Origin: Macrostomum hystrix
Lineage: Eukaryota; Animalia; Platyhelminthes
Direction of reading: 5' to 3'
DNA length: 64,000 bases
Assembly (NCBI GenBank): GCA_950097015.1
Contig: CATNEN010000002.1
Location: forward strand, 4,898,001-4,962,000
Numbering within the stretch: the first letter of the stretch is position 1; each line of letters opens with the position of its first letter. Both the position numbers and the translations under genes were made by a program. Of the stretch, positions 1 through 12,924 are shown one piece after another. The notes beneath the pieces are model-generated. The model worked only from the letters and a program-made list of their open reading frames with translations, did no database searches and was not told the origin of the DNA.

Positions 1-269
1 TGTTAAAATACGAGTAGTGCAGCTGTTCTTTTGTTGCTCAGTTGTCATACATTTAAAGGGTTTTATTGCGAGTTAATTTCTCCCTACGTGAATATCTTCT
101 CATTTTATTAATAAAAATTTTAACTCGAAAGAATTTAGTAGCGCTGCTACTCTATTGGTTGAAGATAAAGGCAGCGAAATAACTGGATCCTAAAAAGCAA
201 TGCTTCAAAGAAGCCACCATTTTTTTGTTTTCTATCACTCCAATGTGATTCTAAGCCTGCCCCTTGATC

Positions 270-1142
270 TAATGTACACTCGATTGAAGTTAACCCAAAA
301 GCCGGCCACCCGAATGTACACTCGATCAAAGCCAACCCCAGGGCCCACAACCCCAATGTAGACTTGATCAAAGCCAGCCCATAACCGGCCACCCCAATGT
401 AGACTCGATCAAAGCCAACCCCAGAACCCGCCACCCCAATGTAGATTCAATCAAAGCCAACCCCAGAACCCGCCACCCCAATGTAGATTAGATCAAAGCC
501 AACCCCAGAACCCGCCACCCCAATGTAGATTCAATCAAAGCCAACCCCAGAACCCGCCACCCCAATGTAGATTCGATCAAAGCCAACCCCAGAACCCGCC
601 ACCCCAATGTAGATTCGATCAAAGCCAACCCCAGAACCCGCCACCCCAAGTAGATTCGATCAAAGCCAACCCCAGAACCCGCCACCCCAATGTAGACTCG
701 ATCAAAGCCAACCCAAGAACCCGCCACCCCAATGTAGACTCGATCAAAGCCAACCCAAGAACCCGCCACCCTAATGTAGATTCGATCAAAGCCAACCGCA
801 GAACCCGCCACCCCAATTTAGAATTCGATCAAAGCCAACCGAAGAACCCGCCACCCCAATTTACAGAACCCGCCACCCCAATTTACACTCGATCAAAGCC
901 AACCCAAGAACCCGCCACCCCAATTTACACTCGATCAAAGCCAACCCAAGAACCCGCCACCCCAATTTACAGAACCCGCCACCCCAATTTACAGAACCCG
1001 CCACCCCAATTTACACTCGATCAAAGCCAACCCAAGAACCCGCCACCCCAATTTACACTCGATCAAAGCCAACCCAAGAACCCGCCACCCCAATTTACAC
1101 TCGATCAAAGCCAACCCAAGAACCCGCCACCCCAATTTACAC
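270..1142 (+). repeat. 42-bp minisatellite (GATCAAAGCCAACCCCAGAACCCGCCACCCCAATGTAGATTC), with truncated units toward the 3' end
   Basis: Direct periodicity, e.g. units starting at 491 and 533. Explains minus-strand ORFs 147-816. Confidence 0.95.
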
Positions 1143-1659
1143 TCGGTCTTAACTAACTAACTAAGCTGCCCAGTATTTATATGTATCGGTATCGGTATGT
1201 ATTGGTACTTGTTATCTCAAAGCTCTGAGAGTGAAATGGCCACTTTGTAAAAGTGGGTTTTTTCTATTATTTGAAATGCTCCTACCTTATTAAGCATTTA
1301 TTTTTGTAACAGAACTAATAAATAATAGTCTTCATTTAACTATATTTTTTTTATCTTAACAGGCAATTGCATTTGTCTAAAGTCTACCCAACAGATATGA
1401 GACGGTGCTTTTAAGTTTGCAGTGCGCAATCTGTTCAGTACGTTTACTATTAGTTTTCTTTGCAGTGTAGGCCCAGTTGTTTTATGTGACAGAAAGTTTC
1501 CTAATAAATTAAAATGTTACCAATGGTGAAAAATAATTTTAATATTTTTAGTCTTCATAATGTTTATTTCTGCTTTGCTCTGAAGACAAACAAAATGCAC
1601 AATTTACTAGCGGAAACAGATAAAGCCATGTTCCGACCGCTCTCCTTCTCCAAATAGCA

Positions 1660-1995
1660 ATGTACACAGTCCCGCAAACCCCTAACCGCGATGTACACAC
1701 TCTCCACCAACCCCTAACTCTAAATGTACACTCCCCACCAACCCCTAACTACAATGTACACACTCCCCACCAACCCCTAACCCTAATGTACACATGCTTG
1801 ATACCAAATCCTTACCCTAATGTACACAAACCCTACCAAGCCCTAACCCGAATGTACATACAACCTTCGTACCCCTAACCCGAATGTACACCCTCAACAA
1901 AAACCTAGCTACAATGTACACACTCCCCACCAACTCCTTACCCGTATGTACACCCTTTCAACAAATAACTAACTACAATTTACAACCACTAACTC
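1660..1995 (+). repeat. Degenerate C/A-rich tandem repeat built on AATGTACAC...CCCTAAC
   Basis: Recurrent aatgtacac and ccctaac words at roughly 35-40 bp spacing, directly upstream of the kinase acceptor. Confidence 0.8.
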
Positions 1996-2041
1996 AATGT
2001 GCCACCATTTCACTGCATCCATGCTGATTTTTAACTTGCAG

Positions 2042-5000
2042 ATGCATCACCAGCAGTCATCGGATCATCATGCGGTGGCTGCGTCGGCCTTCAACGCCGC
2101 AGCAGCCGCTGTCGGTGATGCGTGGCCTCGCGGCAAAGCCAGCTACAGCATGGACAAGCTGCTTGGCACTGGCGCCACCTCCAAGGTGTACAGGGCCACT
2201 TGTCCGTCGCGCAACAATGCCGAGATTGCTATCAAAGTTGTCAACTTGGACAGTAGCTCTGTGTCCATGGACGAGTTGCATCGGGAGACTCAGGGCATGA
2301 AGAAGCTGCGGCATGAGAACATTGTGGCCTACTATGGCAGCTTCATTGAGGACCAGTTCCTGTTCATCCTCATGGACCTGTGCGAGCGATCACTTCTGGA
2401 TGTCATCAACCGGACAAAGACTAGCAGGGATATTCTACACGGGGTATTCGATGAAAACACCATTGCAACCATTGTCAGAGAGGTGCTGAAGGGCCTGCAG
2501 TATATTCACGAGAATGGCCTGGTGCACAGGTTAGTTTTGTTTGACTGTCCGTTTGAGTCTGTTTCTGCTGTCATTTTGAGTCAGTTTTGACTGTCAGTTT
2601 GAGTCATACTCATAATTAGACTCAAACAAAACCAAGCATACTTAACGCCCTCCAGAGACATCAAGTGCGGCAACATTCTGTTGAAGAAGGACGGTTCAGT
2701 TCAGATCGCTGACTTTGGTGTGACAGCATTCATCAATACTAATCCGCTGACTGGTCTGTCTGTTAATCCCGTGTCCAGGCACACCTTTGTTGGCACTCCC
2801 TGTTGGATGGCTCCAGAGGTGAGCGGCTGTGACTTTAGGGAATAAGCAATAGGTGTATGTGTATGGAAAGATTTGTTTCTTAAGAATGATCCCGCAAGAC
2901 GAATGAGAAGTACATTTGAAGGCCAGAACCGTACCTGTTCCGTCTATAATCCGAAATCCTCAAGGTCATGGAGCAGCGACAGTACGGCTACACAACCAAG
3001 GCGGACATCTGGAGCCTGGGCATCACAGCCCTGGAGCTGGTGACTGGCAGCGCGCCCTACGCCAAGTTCGCGCCGCTGAAAGTCATCATCCTGACGCTGA
3101 ACAATGACCCGCCGAGTCTGGCCACGGTGGAAGAGAAACCCGGCCAGTACTCCGCCTACGGGCAGAAGTTTAGAAAGTTTGTAGCCGCCTGTCTGGTGCG
3201 GAATGACGCCGAGAGACCCGGCGCTAAGCAACTGCTGCTGCACCCGTTTATCAAGGTGAGCAGCCCCGTGCCTAAGCATGTTCTAAAGTACACTCGCTTC
3301 AAACTCCCCTAGACTAGAACCCGCCAGCACAACTAATGTACACTCGCTTCAAACTCCCCTAGACTAGAACCCGCCAGCCCAACTAATGTACACTCGCTTC
3401 AATTTCCCCTAGACTAGAACCCGCCAGCCCAACTAATGTACACTCGCTTCAATTTCCCCTAGACTAGAACCCGCCAGCCCAACTAATGTACACTCGCTTC
3501 AAACTCCCCTAGACTAGAACCCGCCAGCTCAACTAATGTACACTCGCTTCAAACTCCCCTAGACTAGAACCCGCCAGCCCAACTAATGTACACTCGCTTC
3601 AAACTCCCCTAGACTAGAACCCGCCAGCACAACTAATGTACACTCGCTTCAAACTCCCCTAGACTAGAACCCGCCAGCCCAACTAATGTACACTCGCTTC
3701 AATTTCCCCTAGACTAGAACCCGCCAGCCCAAATAAAGTACACTCGCTTCAAACTCCCCTAGACTAGAACCCGCCAGCCCAACTAATGTACACTCGCTTC
3801 AATTTCCCCTAGACTAGAACCCGCCAGCCCAACTAATGTACACTCGCTTCAAACTCCCCTAGACTAGAACCCGCCAGCTCAACTAATGTACACTCGCTTC
3901 AAACTCCCCTAGACTAGAACCCGCCAGCCCAACTAATGTACACTCGCTTCAAACTCCCCTAGACTAGAACCCGCCAGCCCAACTAATGTACACTCGCTTC
4001 AAACTCCCCTAGACTAGAACCCGCCAGCCCAACTAATGTACACTCGCTTCAAACTCCCCTAGACTAGAACCCGCCAGCCCAACTAATGTACACTCGCTTC
4101 AAACTCCCATAGACTAGAACCCGCCAGCCCAACTAATGTACACTCGCTTCAAACTCCCATAGACTAGAACCCGCCAGCCCAACTAATGTACACTCGCTTC
4201 AAACTCCCCTAGACTAGAATCCGCCAGCCCAATGTAAACTCGCTTCAAACTGTTCAACACTACAGGCCAAAGCCAAAGAGAAAGAGTACATCGTTCGATT
4301 TCTGCTCAGCGGTGACTCGCAGCTGCTGCAGCAGCACCAGAACCTGCTGTCCGGCAAGCGCCGGTCTCAGGACGATGTCTTAAGTGGCGGCGACGGCGGA
4401 GAAAACGCCGGCGAAGATGAAGAAGACGAGGAGGAGGAGGACGAGTGGCAGTTTCCCGATGGGGGCTCCGCGGCTGCGGCCTCCACTACTGCCACCTCCG
4501 CAGCTGCCACTGCCAGCGACGCTAAAATACCCACAATAAAACTGCCAGCCACCGCGACCTCATCCTCAGCCGCGCCTACGGACGACGACTCCGTGATGGT
4601 GATCGATCAGGACAACCCCGACAGTCGGTTGCCATGGCTACGCGCCGCCCTAGCGACGCGCTCTAATTGTCGCAGCGTCAGTTTAAAATTCCGGCTTCGA
4701 AAGCGCAAAGACGAAGCGTCGGTCTCTCCGGACATCTCTGCCTCCTTCACGCCTTCAGCAGCTTCAATGTCAACTGGCGCGTTGACTAATTTTGCTGACG
4801 ATTCGTCGATGCAAGCTTCGTCGGCCACCTCACCGTTATCTGCGGCCGCGGACGGAACGTCTGTCTCAACGGGATCCGCCTTGGCCGAGCTGCAGGACAT
4901 CACATTCGACTTTGCTGTTGGCAAAGACAAAGCCAACGGCATCACCATGGAGCTAGTGGAGTCCGGTCTAGTCAGCATGCACGACATGGTGGTAATCTCC

Positions 5001-5195
5001 CGAGCCCTGCAGACCCTCATCGATGCGCCCTGGGCTCGCGAGCGGGTCTTCCCGCTGAACACCCCGCTGCCACCGGGTGTCTTCGCCGACCAGGTCGAGT
5101 TTGTCGGCTACGCCGGACTGTCTGTCGTGTCCGTGACCGCCCAATTCGAGGACGGCAGTGAGGAGTCGCTGCAGCTTGAAGAGGCCGCTGCCTAG
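2042..5195 (+). CDS. OXSR1: STE20-family Ser/Thr kinase, OSR1/SPAK (fray) type; join(2042..2529,2656..2818,2965..3255,4266..5195), 623 aa
   Basis: Kinase motifs [14 protein letters not shown]|[23 protein letters not shown] and [11 protein letters not shown]-terminal CCT/PF2-like segment (SLKFRLRK...[27 protein letters not shown]...FVGYAGLSV). All three introns are GT-AG with matching phases. ATG directly follows ttgcag. OXSR1 versus STK39 orthology cannot be resolved. Confidence 0.92.
3285..4250 (+). repeat. 50-bp minisatellite (~19 copies) filling kinase intron 3
   Basis: Unit AATGTACACTCGCTTCAAACTCCCCTAGACTAGAACCCGCCAGCCCAACT, near-perfect copies. Confidence 0.97.
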
Positions 5196-5859
5196 GTTGG
5201 CGGATTGCGAGACTCGGCTATCGTCACGTGACTTTGATTTTCGACCGAGTTAAGTTTTTGTGGGAAAGTTTGATATACATCTTGCTAACAGCAATCGGTA
5301 CATTGACCCATCAACCCATGCATTGATCCACTGACCCATACGTTGACCGACTGACCCATGCATTGACCCTTTGTCTTTGGCCCACTGACTCATTAATTAA
5401 ACTAATCTATTGACCCAGTGTAGAAGAATTGTGTTAATATTTTATACTTTTAATTGGAACTAACATATTATTCCAAGTTTTTTACTTGCTGACTGAACCA
5501 CCTTTATTCAGATTAGATTCAACACGCAAATGGTTTTCTATAGTTGTATGTAATTTTATAATTCATTAGATTTGTTATACTTTGATTCTTCAATCACTCC
5601 ACTAGTAAAAATATGTTTTGGTCAGTTTTCTTGCTTAGTTGCTTGTGACATTATTAGCTTTTATTTCCTGTCGTGATTATTGCGTAGGAAATTTAATTTT
5701 ATCAGTCAATTTTTCCCATGGCTGAGTTCTAGTTGTAATCGAGTTTTGATTAAGAATTTCTCACAAATTTTACTATTTACTTTACTCGACATAACTGCCA
5801 GTTGAAAAGTCATTATTTAAATTAATTACTGCCGCCTCTAGCTATCTAGTCTCAGAATT

Positions 5860-6400
5860 CTTCAACCCGAATGTACATTCTCTCCAGGTCATCCCTAGTA
5901 TTACTACTTCAATGTACATTATCTCCAGGCCAGCGTCAAGATTCCTCAACCCCAATGTACATTCTGTCCAGGCCAGCCCCGAGATTCCTCAACCCCAATG
6001 TACATTCTCTCCAGGTCAGCGCTAGTATTACTACTTCAATGTACATTATCTCCAGGCCAGCGTCAAGATTCCTCAACCCCAATGTACATTCTGTCCAGGC
6101 CAGCCCCGAGATTCCTCAACCCCAATGTACATTCTGTCCAGGCCAGCCCCGAGATTCCTCAACCCCAATGTACATTCTCTCCAGGTCAGCGCTAGTATTA
6201 CTACTTCAATGTACATTATCTCCAGGCCAGCGTCAAGATTCCTCAACCCCAATGTACATTCTGTCCAGGCCAGCCCTGAGATTCCTCAACCCCAATGTAC
6301 ATTCTCTCCAGGTCAGCGCTAGTATTACTACTTCAATGTACATTATCTCCAGGCCAGCGTCAAGATTCCTCAACCCCAATGTACATTCTCTCCAGGCCAA
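5860..6400 (+). repeat. Higher-order minisatellite: ~42-bp AATGTACATT..CCAGG subunits combined into a ~127-bp period
   Basis: Three alternating subunit types. ORFs at 5871, 5998 and 6125 are offset by 127 bp. Confidence 0.9.
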
Positions 6401-7424
6401 CCTCAGAATCTCCACCACCCCTATTTCCTCCGCTTTCCAGACCAAGCAAATGTACATATAACCCAGAAAAAACTCAGAGGCCGCCCCATTGTGCATAGCT
6501 GTAGATTGTCATCATAGCTGTCAATCATTATTTGTGCACAATTTCCCATCGTCCCCTGCACTATTAGTCTGTACATATTTAGACGTACAATCTAGCCATT
6601 TGATATTTTGTGACATTTTCTCCAATATCTCGCTCTGTTTGATAGCAGTGAATCAATAATGCTACTAACCAGTGTCTTTTAGTATTAAGTTTGTAAATAA
6701 CATATTTTCGAAAGCCTTTTTATTAATTTTCTAATTCATGTCACTTTTTTCTGCTTGCGTGTTGCTTTGTTATAATAACATAGACTGAGGTTTATAAAAC
6801 CTCACATTCTTGCTTGCACATTCTAATCGATTATTTTAACAGTGTTCACTTTTGACCTGTTATGCTGCAGGTAACTGCAGGTATTAACAGCGAGCTGGTC
6901 AATGTGACTCTTACATTTGCATATTTAAACTACTTACTGCCTTATTCAGTAAGTAGTATCATTTTTTTTGTTTTGCTAATTATGTTAAAAAGATATGATT
7001 CTACAAAAAGGTTTTTTGTATTAAAAATGTTTTATTTTACTATTGTGGAATAAATTAACATATGTTCAAAAAAAGTTTCCTGTAGCAAAAAGTTTTTAAG
7101 ATTAAAGTATTAGAGCAAGGTGGATATAAAGTTTTGTAGGTCATTTTTGGAACAGATTCTACTACTAAAATAGATTTCTTTTTCTTTTGGTTTAGATTAA
7201 TTAATTATTACAGATAATTAATTCAGCTAGTCGATACCGGTTTTGTTCCTTTTTATTTTGAAATAAAATAAGTCTCATTGCTTAGACATTGCTTAGAGCT
7301 TGTAAACCTTGTAATTTAGTGTTTTGCCCTATATTTGGGTTCGCGACTCGAACTCCCGACCCTCGGTCAGAAGTCCGCAGCTCTAGTCAGCTTTTTATCT
7401 TGATCCAAAAAATGATAATGATAA

Positions 7425-7680
7425 TAATAGTTACAGGACGGCTGCGGGCAATGGCACATCATTTGGTGACACCGCAGCCAGCGAGGAGGCAATTCTGTCA
7501 ATTTCGCTGATTCTTAAGCACACACGCACACAGATACTGTACGCAGGCACACGCTAACACAGGTGTGTACATCTGCCTGACTTTCTCATCGTCAGGCAGT
7601 GTACACTCTCACTGTGCTTAGCAGATTGGCCTTCAAGGGCGTAAATTGCACGACAAGCCCCCTTAAGCCTTGTGACCCAT
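7425..7680 (-). mobile_element. SINE family A (tRNA-derived), partial copy
   Basis: Same body as copies at 14.8, 18.2, 26.9 and 33.7 kb (gcagccagcgaggaggc...gtgtacac...caagggcgtaaattgcacgacaagcccc). Confidence 0.8.
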
Positions 7681-7761
7681 TTTTCCTAGGTTCATAAAGT
7701 TCTACTATCAGTAGTGCTCCCAGCATCTGCGTGTGAAGCTTGGCCAATCCTGCTCTTACAG

Positions 7762-8182
7762 GACCTAATCTTCCTGGGCACGGCGAGCTCGTTTCCTTCG
7801 CCGCATCGCTGCGCCTCCGGTTTGATTGTTCGTTTCCATAGCAACGGCGAGTGCTGGCTATTCGACTGCGGCGAGTCCACCCAGGTCCAGCTGATGCGCT
7901 CTCCGGTGCGCATGGGCAGAATCTCGCGCATCTTCATCACTCACCTGCACGGAGATCACAGTTTCGGCCTGCCCGGCCTCATCAGCACCCTTGGCGGCGG
8001 CCGCTGCGAGGACGGCTCGACCGTGACTGTCTACGGACCGCCCGGCACCCGGCAGTTTCTCAGGCAGAGCCTAGCCTATGCCAGGAGCGACCTGGTTGGG
8101 GTGAGTGAGCTGTGCTCCGCTGCCACTGCCTGTTTCTGACTGCCTGCCTGACTGCCTGCCTGCCTGCCTGCCTGCCTGCTTG

Positions 8183-8220
<38 letters not shown>

Positions 8221-8315
8221 TGCCTGCCTGCCTGTCTGTCTGTCTGCCTGACTGTCTGCCTGACTGTCTGCCTGTCTGCCTGCCTGCCTGACTGCCTGCC
8301 TGCCTGCCTGCCTGA

Positions 8316-8346
<31 letters not shown>

Positions 8347-8348
8347 CT

Positions 8349-8380
<32 letters not shown>

Positions 8381-8606
8381 TGTCTGTCTGCCTGACTGCC
8401 TGCCTGACTGCCTGCCTGACTGCCTGCCTGCCTGCCTGCCTGCCTGTCTGTCTGTCTGTCTGCCTGACTGTCTGCCTGTCTGCCTGCCTGCCTGCCTGCC
8501 TGCCTGTCTGTCTGTCTGTCTGTCTGCCTGACTGTCTGCCTGTCTGCCTGCCTGCCTGCCTGCCTGCCTGTCTGTCTGTCTGTCTGTCTGCCTGACTGTC
8601 TGCTTG

Positions 8607-8662
<56 letters not shown>

Positions 8663-8666
8663 CTTG

Positions 8667-8724
<58 letters not shown>

Positions 8725-8890
8725 TGTCTGTCTGCCTGACTGTCTGCCTGACTGTCTGCCTGTCTGCCTGCCTGCCTGCCTGCCTGCCTGTCTGTCTGTC
8801 TGTCTGTCTGCCTGACTGTCTGCCTGTCTGCCTGCCTGCCTGCCTGCCTGCCTGTCTGTCTGTCTGTCTGTCTGCCTGACTGTCTGCTTG

Positions 8891-8946
<56 letters not shown>

Positions 8947-8950
8947 CTTG

Positions 8951-9004
<54 letters not shown>

Positions 9005-9386
9005 TGTCTGTCTGCCTGACTGTCTGCCTGACTGTCTGCCTGTCTGCCTGCCTGCCTGCCTGCCTGCCTGTCTGTCTGTCTGTCTGTCTGCCTGACTGTC
9101 TGCCTGTCTGCCTGCCTGCCTGCCTGCCTGCCTGTCTGTCTGTCTGTCTGTCTGCCTGACTGTCTGACTGCCTGCCTGCCTGCCTGTCTGTCTGTCTGTC
9201 TGTCTGCCTGACTGTCTGACTGCCTGACTGTCTGCCTGACTGCCTGCCTGTCTGTCTGCCTGACTGTCTGCCTGACTGCCTGCCTGCCTGTCTGTCTGTC
9301 TGCCTGCCTGCCTGCCTGTCTGTTCTGGTTGTCTGTATGTCTGTCTGTCTGTCTGTTCTGGTTGTCTCTCTGTCTGTCCTGGGTGG

Positions 9387-9450
<64 letters not shown>

Positions 9451-9530
9451 TCTGGTTGTCTGTATGTCTGTCTGTCTGTCTGTTCTGGTTGTCTCTCTGT
9501 CTGTCCTGGGTGTCTCTCTGTCTGATCGGG

Positions 9531-9562
<32 letters not shown>

Positions 9563-11227
9563 ATTAATTATATTAAGAAGTTAGTGAAGCTGTTGTCAGC
9601 ACAGACGTGCACTTCTGTGCGGACAATACACAGGTAATCAGATAGATAATAAGCACGGTTGTACATCTGCTTCAGTTTTTCATTGCAAGGCACAGACCTT
9701 GGTGCGATAGTCGAATGAGTGAATTGCTGTCTCTCTGTTTTATTTTCACTGAATCTGTCTATTTTGTATCTGCATTCATCCTCCGATTCTTGTCCCCTTA
9801 GATGCGCTTAGCGATTCGCGAGCTTCAAGACGTTCCACTGCTGATGCCGGCGCCCGAAAATGCTAAAATGGAGGCCATCCTTGCCAGGGCGGTCAGCTCG
9901 AGTGCCGGCCTGTTGCCGTCACTGCCCTACGAGACTGTCATCTCGGACTCCGTCCGTGAGCCGGACGGCACCTGGACTGTTGTATCGGCAGGGGAATCCG
10001 ACAGCAGCTGCGGAGTCACCGTGCGGGCCGCCGCATTAAGCCACCGGGTGCCCTGCGTTGGCTACCGACTCGAGACTCGAGCACCCGCCATTGGCCACCT
10101 GCTGCCTGAGCTGGCCTATGAGCTGGGATTGGCCAGGACTGGCGAGACCGCCCTGCTGGGCGAGCTCAAACGCGGCCGGACGGTCACAACTGCCTCCGGA
10201 GCTGTCATTCGACCTGACCAGGTGAGACTCAGATTGAGTAGGCGTGAGAACGGGATTTGGTAGAGTTGCGTAGAATATAATGTGAGATGGGGTAGAAATA
10301 GAATGGGGGTGAGATCGGGTATATTAGGGTATAATAGGTTGAGATGGGGTAGGATAGGAGGGTGAGATGGGGTAGAATAGGAGGATGAGATGGGGTAGGA
10401 TAGGAGAATGAGATGGGATAGAATAGGAGAATGAGATGGGATAGAATAGGAGGCTGAGATGGGGTAGACTAGGAGGCTGAGATAGGGTAGGATAGGAGGC
10501 TGAGATGGGGTAGGATAGGAGGTTGAGATAGGGTAGAATGAGAGGGTGAGATGGGGTAGAATGAGAGGGTGAGATGGGGTAGAATGAGAGGGTGAGATAG
10601 GGTAGAATGAGAGGGTGAGATGGGGTAGAATGAGAGGGTGAGATAGGGTAGAATGAGAGGGTGAGATGGGGTAGAATGAGATGGTGAGATAGGGTAGAAT
10701 GAGAGGGTGAGATAGGGTAGAAAGGTTCTTATAGCAAGGCTTTTTATATTTGCTAGCAAACAGGCTCGAAAAATTGCATAAATCCTTTCAATTTCCATTT
10801 AAAACTGCTCGGGCCGCAGGTGACCTCACCACCGCCTCCGCCACTGCGTCTGGCCGTCTTCGGCGACACCTGTAAATCGGACCTGGCCGCCAACTTGTGC
10901 CGCAATGTCGACTGCCTGGTGCATGAGGCTACGGGCGACGACTCGCTGACTGACATCTGTCACGAGAAGGGGCACTCCACCCCTGCCATGGCCGCTGAGT
11001 ATGCCCGTCAAATTGGTGCAAAATCCCTGCTGCTGACTCACTTCAGCCAGCGCTACACCGAACAGTCGGGACCCTCAGCCAGCGACGCCTCCGTGGAGCT
11101 GTTGCGTCGGCAGGCCGCAGCCAGACTGGAGGGCTGCGGGATCTCCTTGAACATGGCGGCTGACCTGAGGCAGTTCTCTCTGACTCACGATGGACTCAAG
11201 TTTGTTAAGGACCACAACTGCGATTAG
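7762..11227 (+). CDS. ELAC1: Ribonuclease Z, short form; join(7762..8100,9802..10221,10820..11227); initiator Met not encoded locally
   Basis: DLIFLGTASSFPSPHR, WLFDCGE, motif II HLHGDH, SHRVPCVGY, GDT, HEAT, HST and THFSQRY. Phase-0 GT-AG introns. First exon opens at ttacag|GAC with no in-frame ATG back to the TAG at 7687. AATAAA near 11392. Confidence 0.92.
8135..9562 (+). repeat. Compound (CTGC)n/(CTGT)n tetranucleotide microsatellite, ~1.4 kb, ELAC1 intron 1
   Basis: Directly visible. Source of the spurious 497-aa QAGR/QTDR ORF. Confidence 0.98.
10280..10722 (+). repeat. Purine-rich ~23-bp tandem repeat (GAGATGGGGTAGAATGAGAGGGT), ELAC1 intron 2
   Basis: Directly visible periodicity. Confidence 0.9.
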
Positions 11228-11559
11228 GGAACCTGCTCAGGGACCTGAAGTTTTTGAGTACACACCTACTGAATGGCCCGATGATAATAAATGGAAGCAA
11301 ATATACTAGCTATATGGATAACGGCTCGCACATGTTTATTGTTTTCTTTCATGAATATTATTTGCATGCAAGCTTAAGCCAAAGCCTATCTAATAAACGT
11401 TGAAGCATTTCACTTTGCGTATCAACATGAATATTTGATCAAATTGAACCATTTAATCTTTTCTTTTGTGTAAATGATTTAAAACAAGTTTTAAAAAATA
11501 CATGCATTAGCTCACGAGATGTTTTTTCAGCTGAGTTTTGCTTTCATTTGCCAACTTTA

Positions 11560-12797
11560 ATGTACACACGCTTTCACTCACCAATCTCACCTACTCCAGT
11601 GTACACTCGCTCTCCACCAATCACACCTACTCCAGTTTACACTCGCTCCCTAACCAATCACACCTACTCCAGTGTACACTCGCTCTCCACCAATCACACC
11701 TACTCCAGTTTACACTCGCTCCCTAACCAATCACACCTACTCCAGTGTACACTCGCTCTCCACCAATCACACCTACTCCAGTTTACACTCGCTCCCTAAC
11801 CAATCACACCTACTCCAGTTTACACTTGCTCTCCACCAATCACACCTACTCCAGTTTACACTTGCTCTCCACCAATCACACCTACTCCAGTTTACACTCG
11901 CTCCCTAACCAATCACACCTACTCCAGTGTACACTCGCTCTCCACCAATCACACCTACTCCAGTTTACACTCGCTCCCTAACCAATCACACCTACTCCAG
12001 TTTACACTTGCTCTCCACCAATCACACCTACTCCAGTGTACACTCGCTCCCTAACCAATCACACCTACTCCAGTGTACACTCGCTCCCTAGCCAATCACA
12101 CCTACTCCAGTATACACTCGCTCCCTAACCAATCACACCTACTCCAGTATACACTCGCTCCCTAACCAATCACACCTACTCCAGTGTACACTCGCTCTCC
12201 ACCAATCACACCTACTCCAGTATACACTCGCTCCCTAACCAATCACACCTACTCCAGTTTACACTTGCTCTCCACCAATCACACCTACTCCAGTGTACAC
12301 TCGCTCCCTAACCAATCACACCTACTCCAGTGTACACTCGCTCCCTAGCCAATCACACCTACTCCAGTATACACTCGCTCCCTAACCAATCACACCTACT
12401 CCAGTATACACTCGCTCCCTAACCAATCACACCTACTCCAGTATACACTCGCTCCCTAACCAATCACACCTACTCCAGTATACACTCGCTCCCTAACCAA
12501 TCACACCTACTCCAGTGTACACTCGCTCCCTAACCAATCACACCTACCCCAGTGTACACTCGCTCCCTAACCAATCACACCTACTCCAGTATACACTCGC
12601 TCCCTAACCAATCACACCTACTCCAGTGTACACTCGCTCCCTAACCAATCACACCTACCCCAGTGTACACTCGCTCCCTAACCAATCACACCTACTCCAG
12701 TGTACACTCGCTCCCTAACCAATCACACCTACTCCAGTGTACACTCGCTCCCTAACCAATCACACCTATTCCAGTGTACACTCGCTCCCTAACCAAT
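11560..12797 (+). repeat. 36/37-bp minisatellite (CAGTGTACACTCGCTCCCTAACCAATCACACCTACTC), ~33 copies
   Basis: Directly visible. Lies between ELAC1 and YPEL5. Confidence 0.97.
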
Positions 12798-12924
12798 CTC
12801 GAGTTCTCTCATGCACAACATACTCCGGGCCAATCATCATGCAGTTCTGATATGCGCAATGTTTCAGCATCTGGGCCTGTAGAGCGTGCAGCCAGGTTCG
12901 CACTCGAGAATCGCTAATTGCGCA

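Noticed and set aside
3285-4250. Regularly spaced repeats resembling a CRISPR array (also 11.6 and 14.0 kb)
   Set aside because: Units are head-to-tail with no unique spacers, there are no cas genes, and the context is eukaryotic.
7560-7620. CTGACGA on the minus strand of SINE A as a possible hammerhead ribozyme core
   Set aside because: No properly placed GAAA and stem II/III arrangement; it is a simple hairpin.
7714-7761. ORF-track N-terminus MLPASACEAWPILLLQ for RNase Z
   Set aside because: Starts at GTG and runs through the polypyrimidine/AG acceptor; not homologous to RNase Z.
8071-9637. 497-aa minus-strand ORF and related ORFs (QAGR/QTDR, CLPA)
   Set aside because: Translation of a stop-free tetranucleotide microsatellite inside ELAC1 intron 1.
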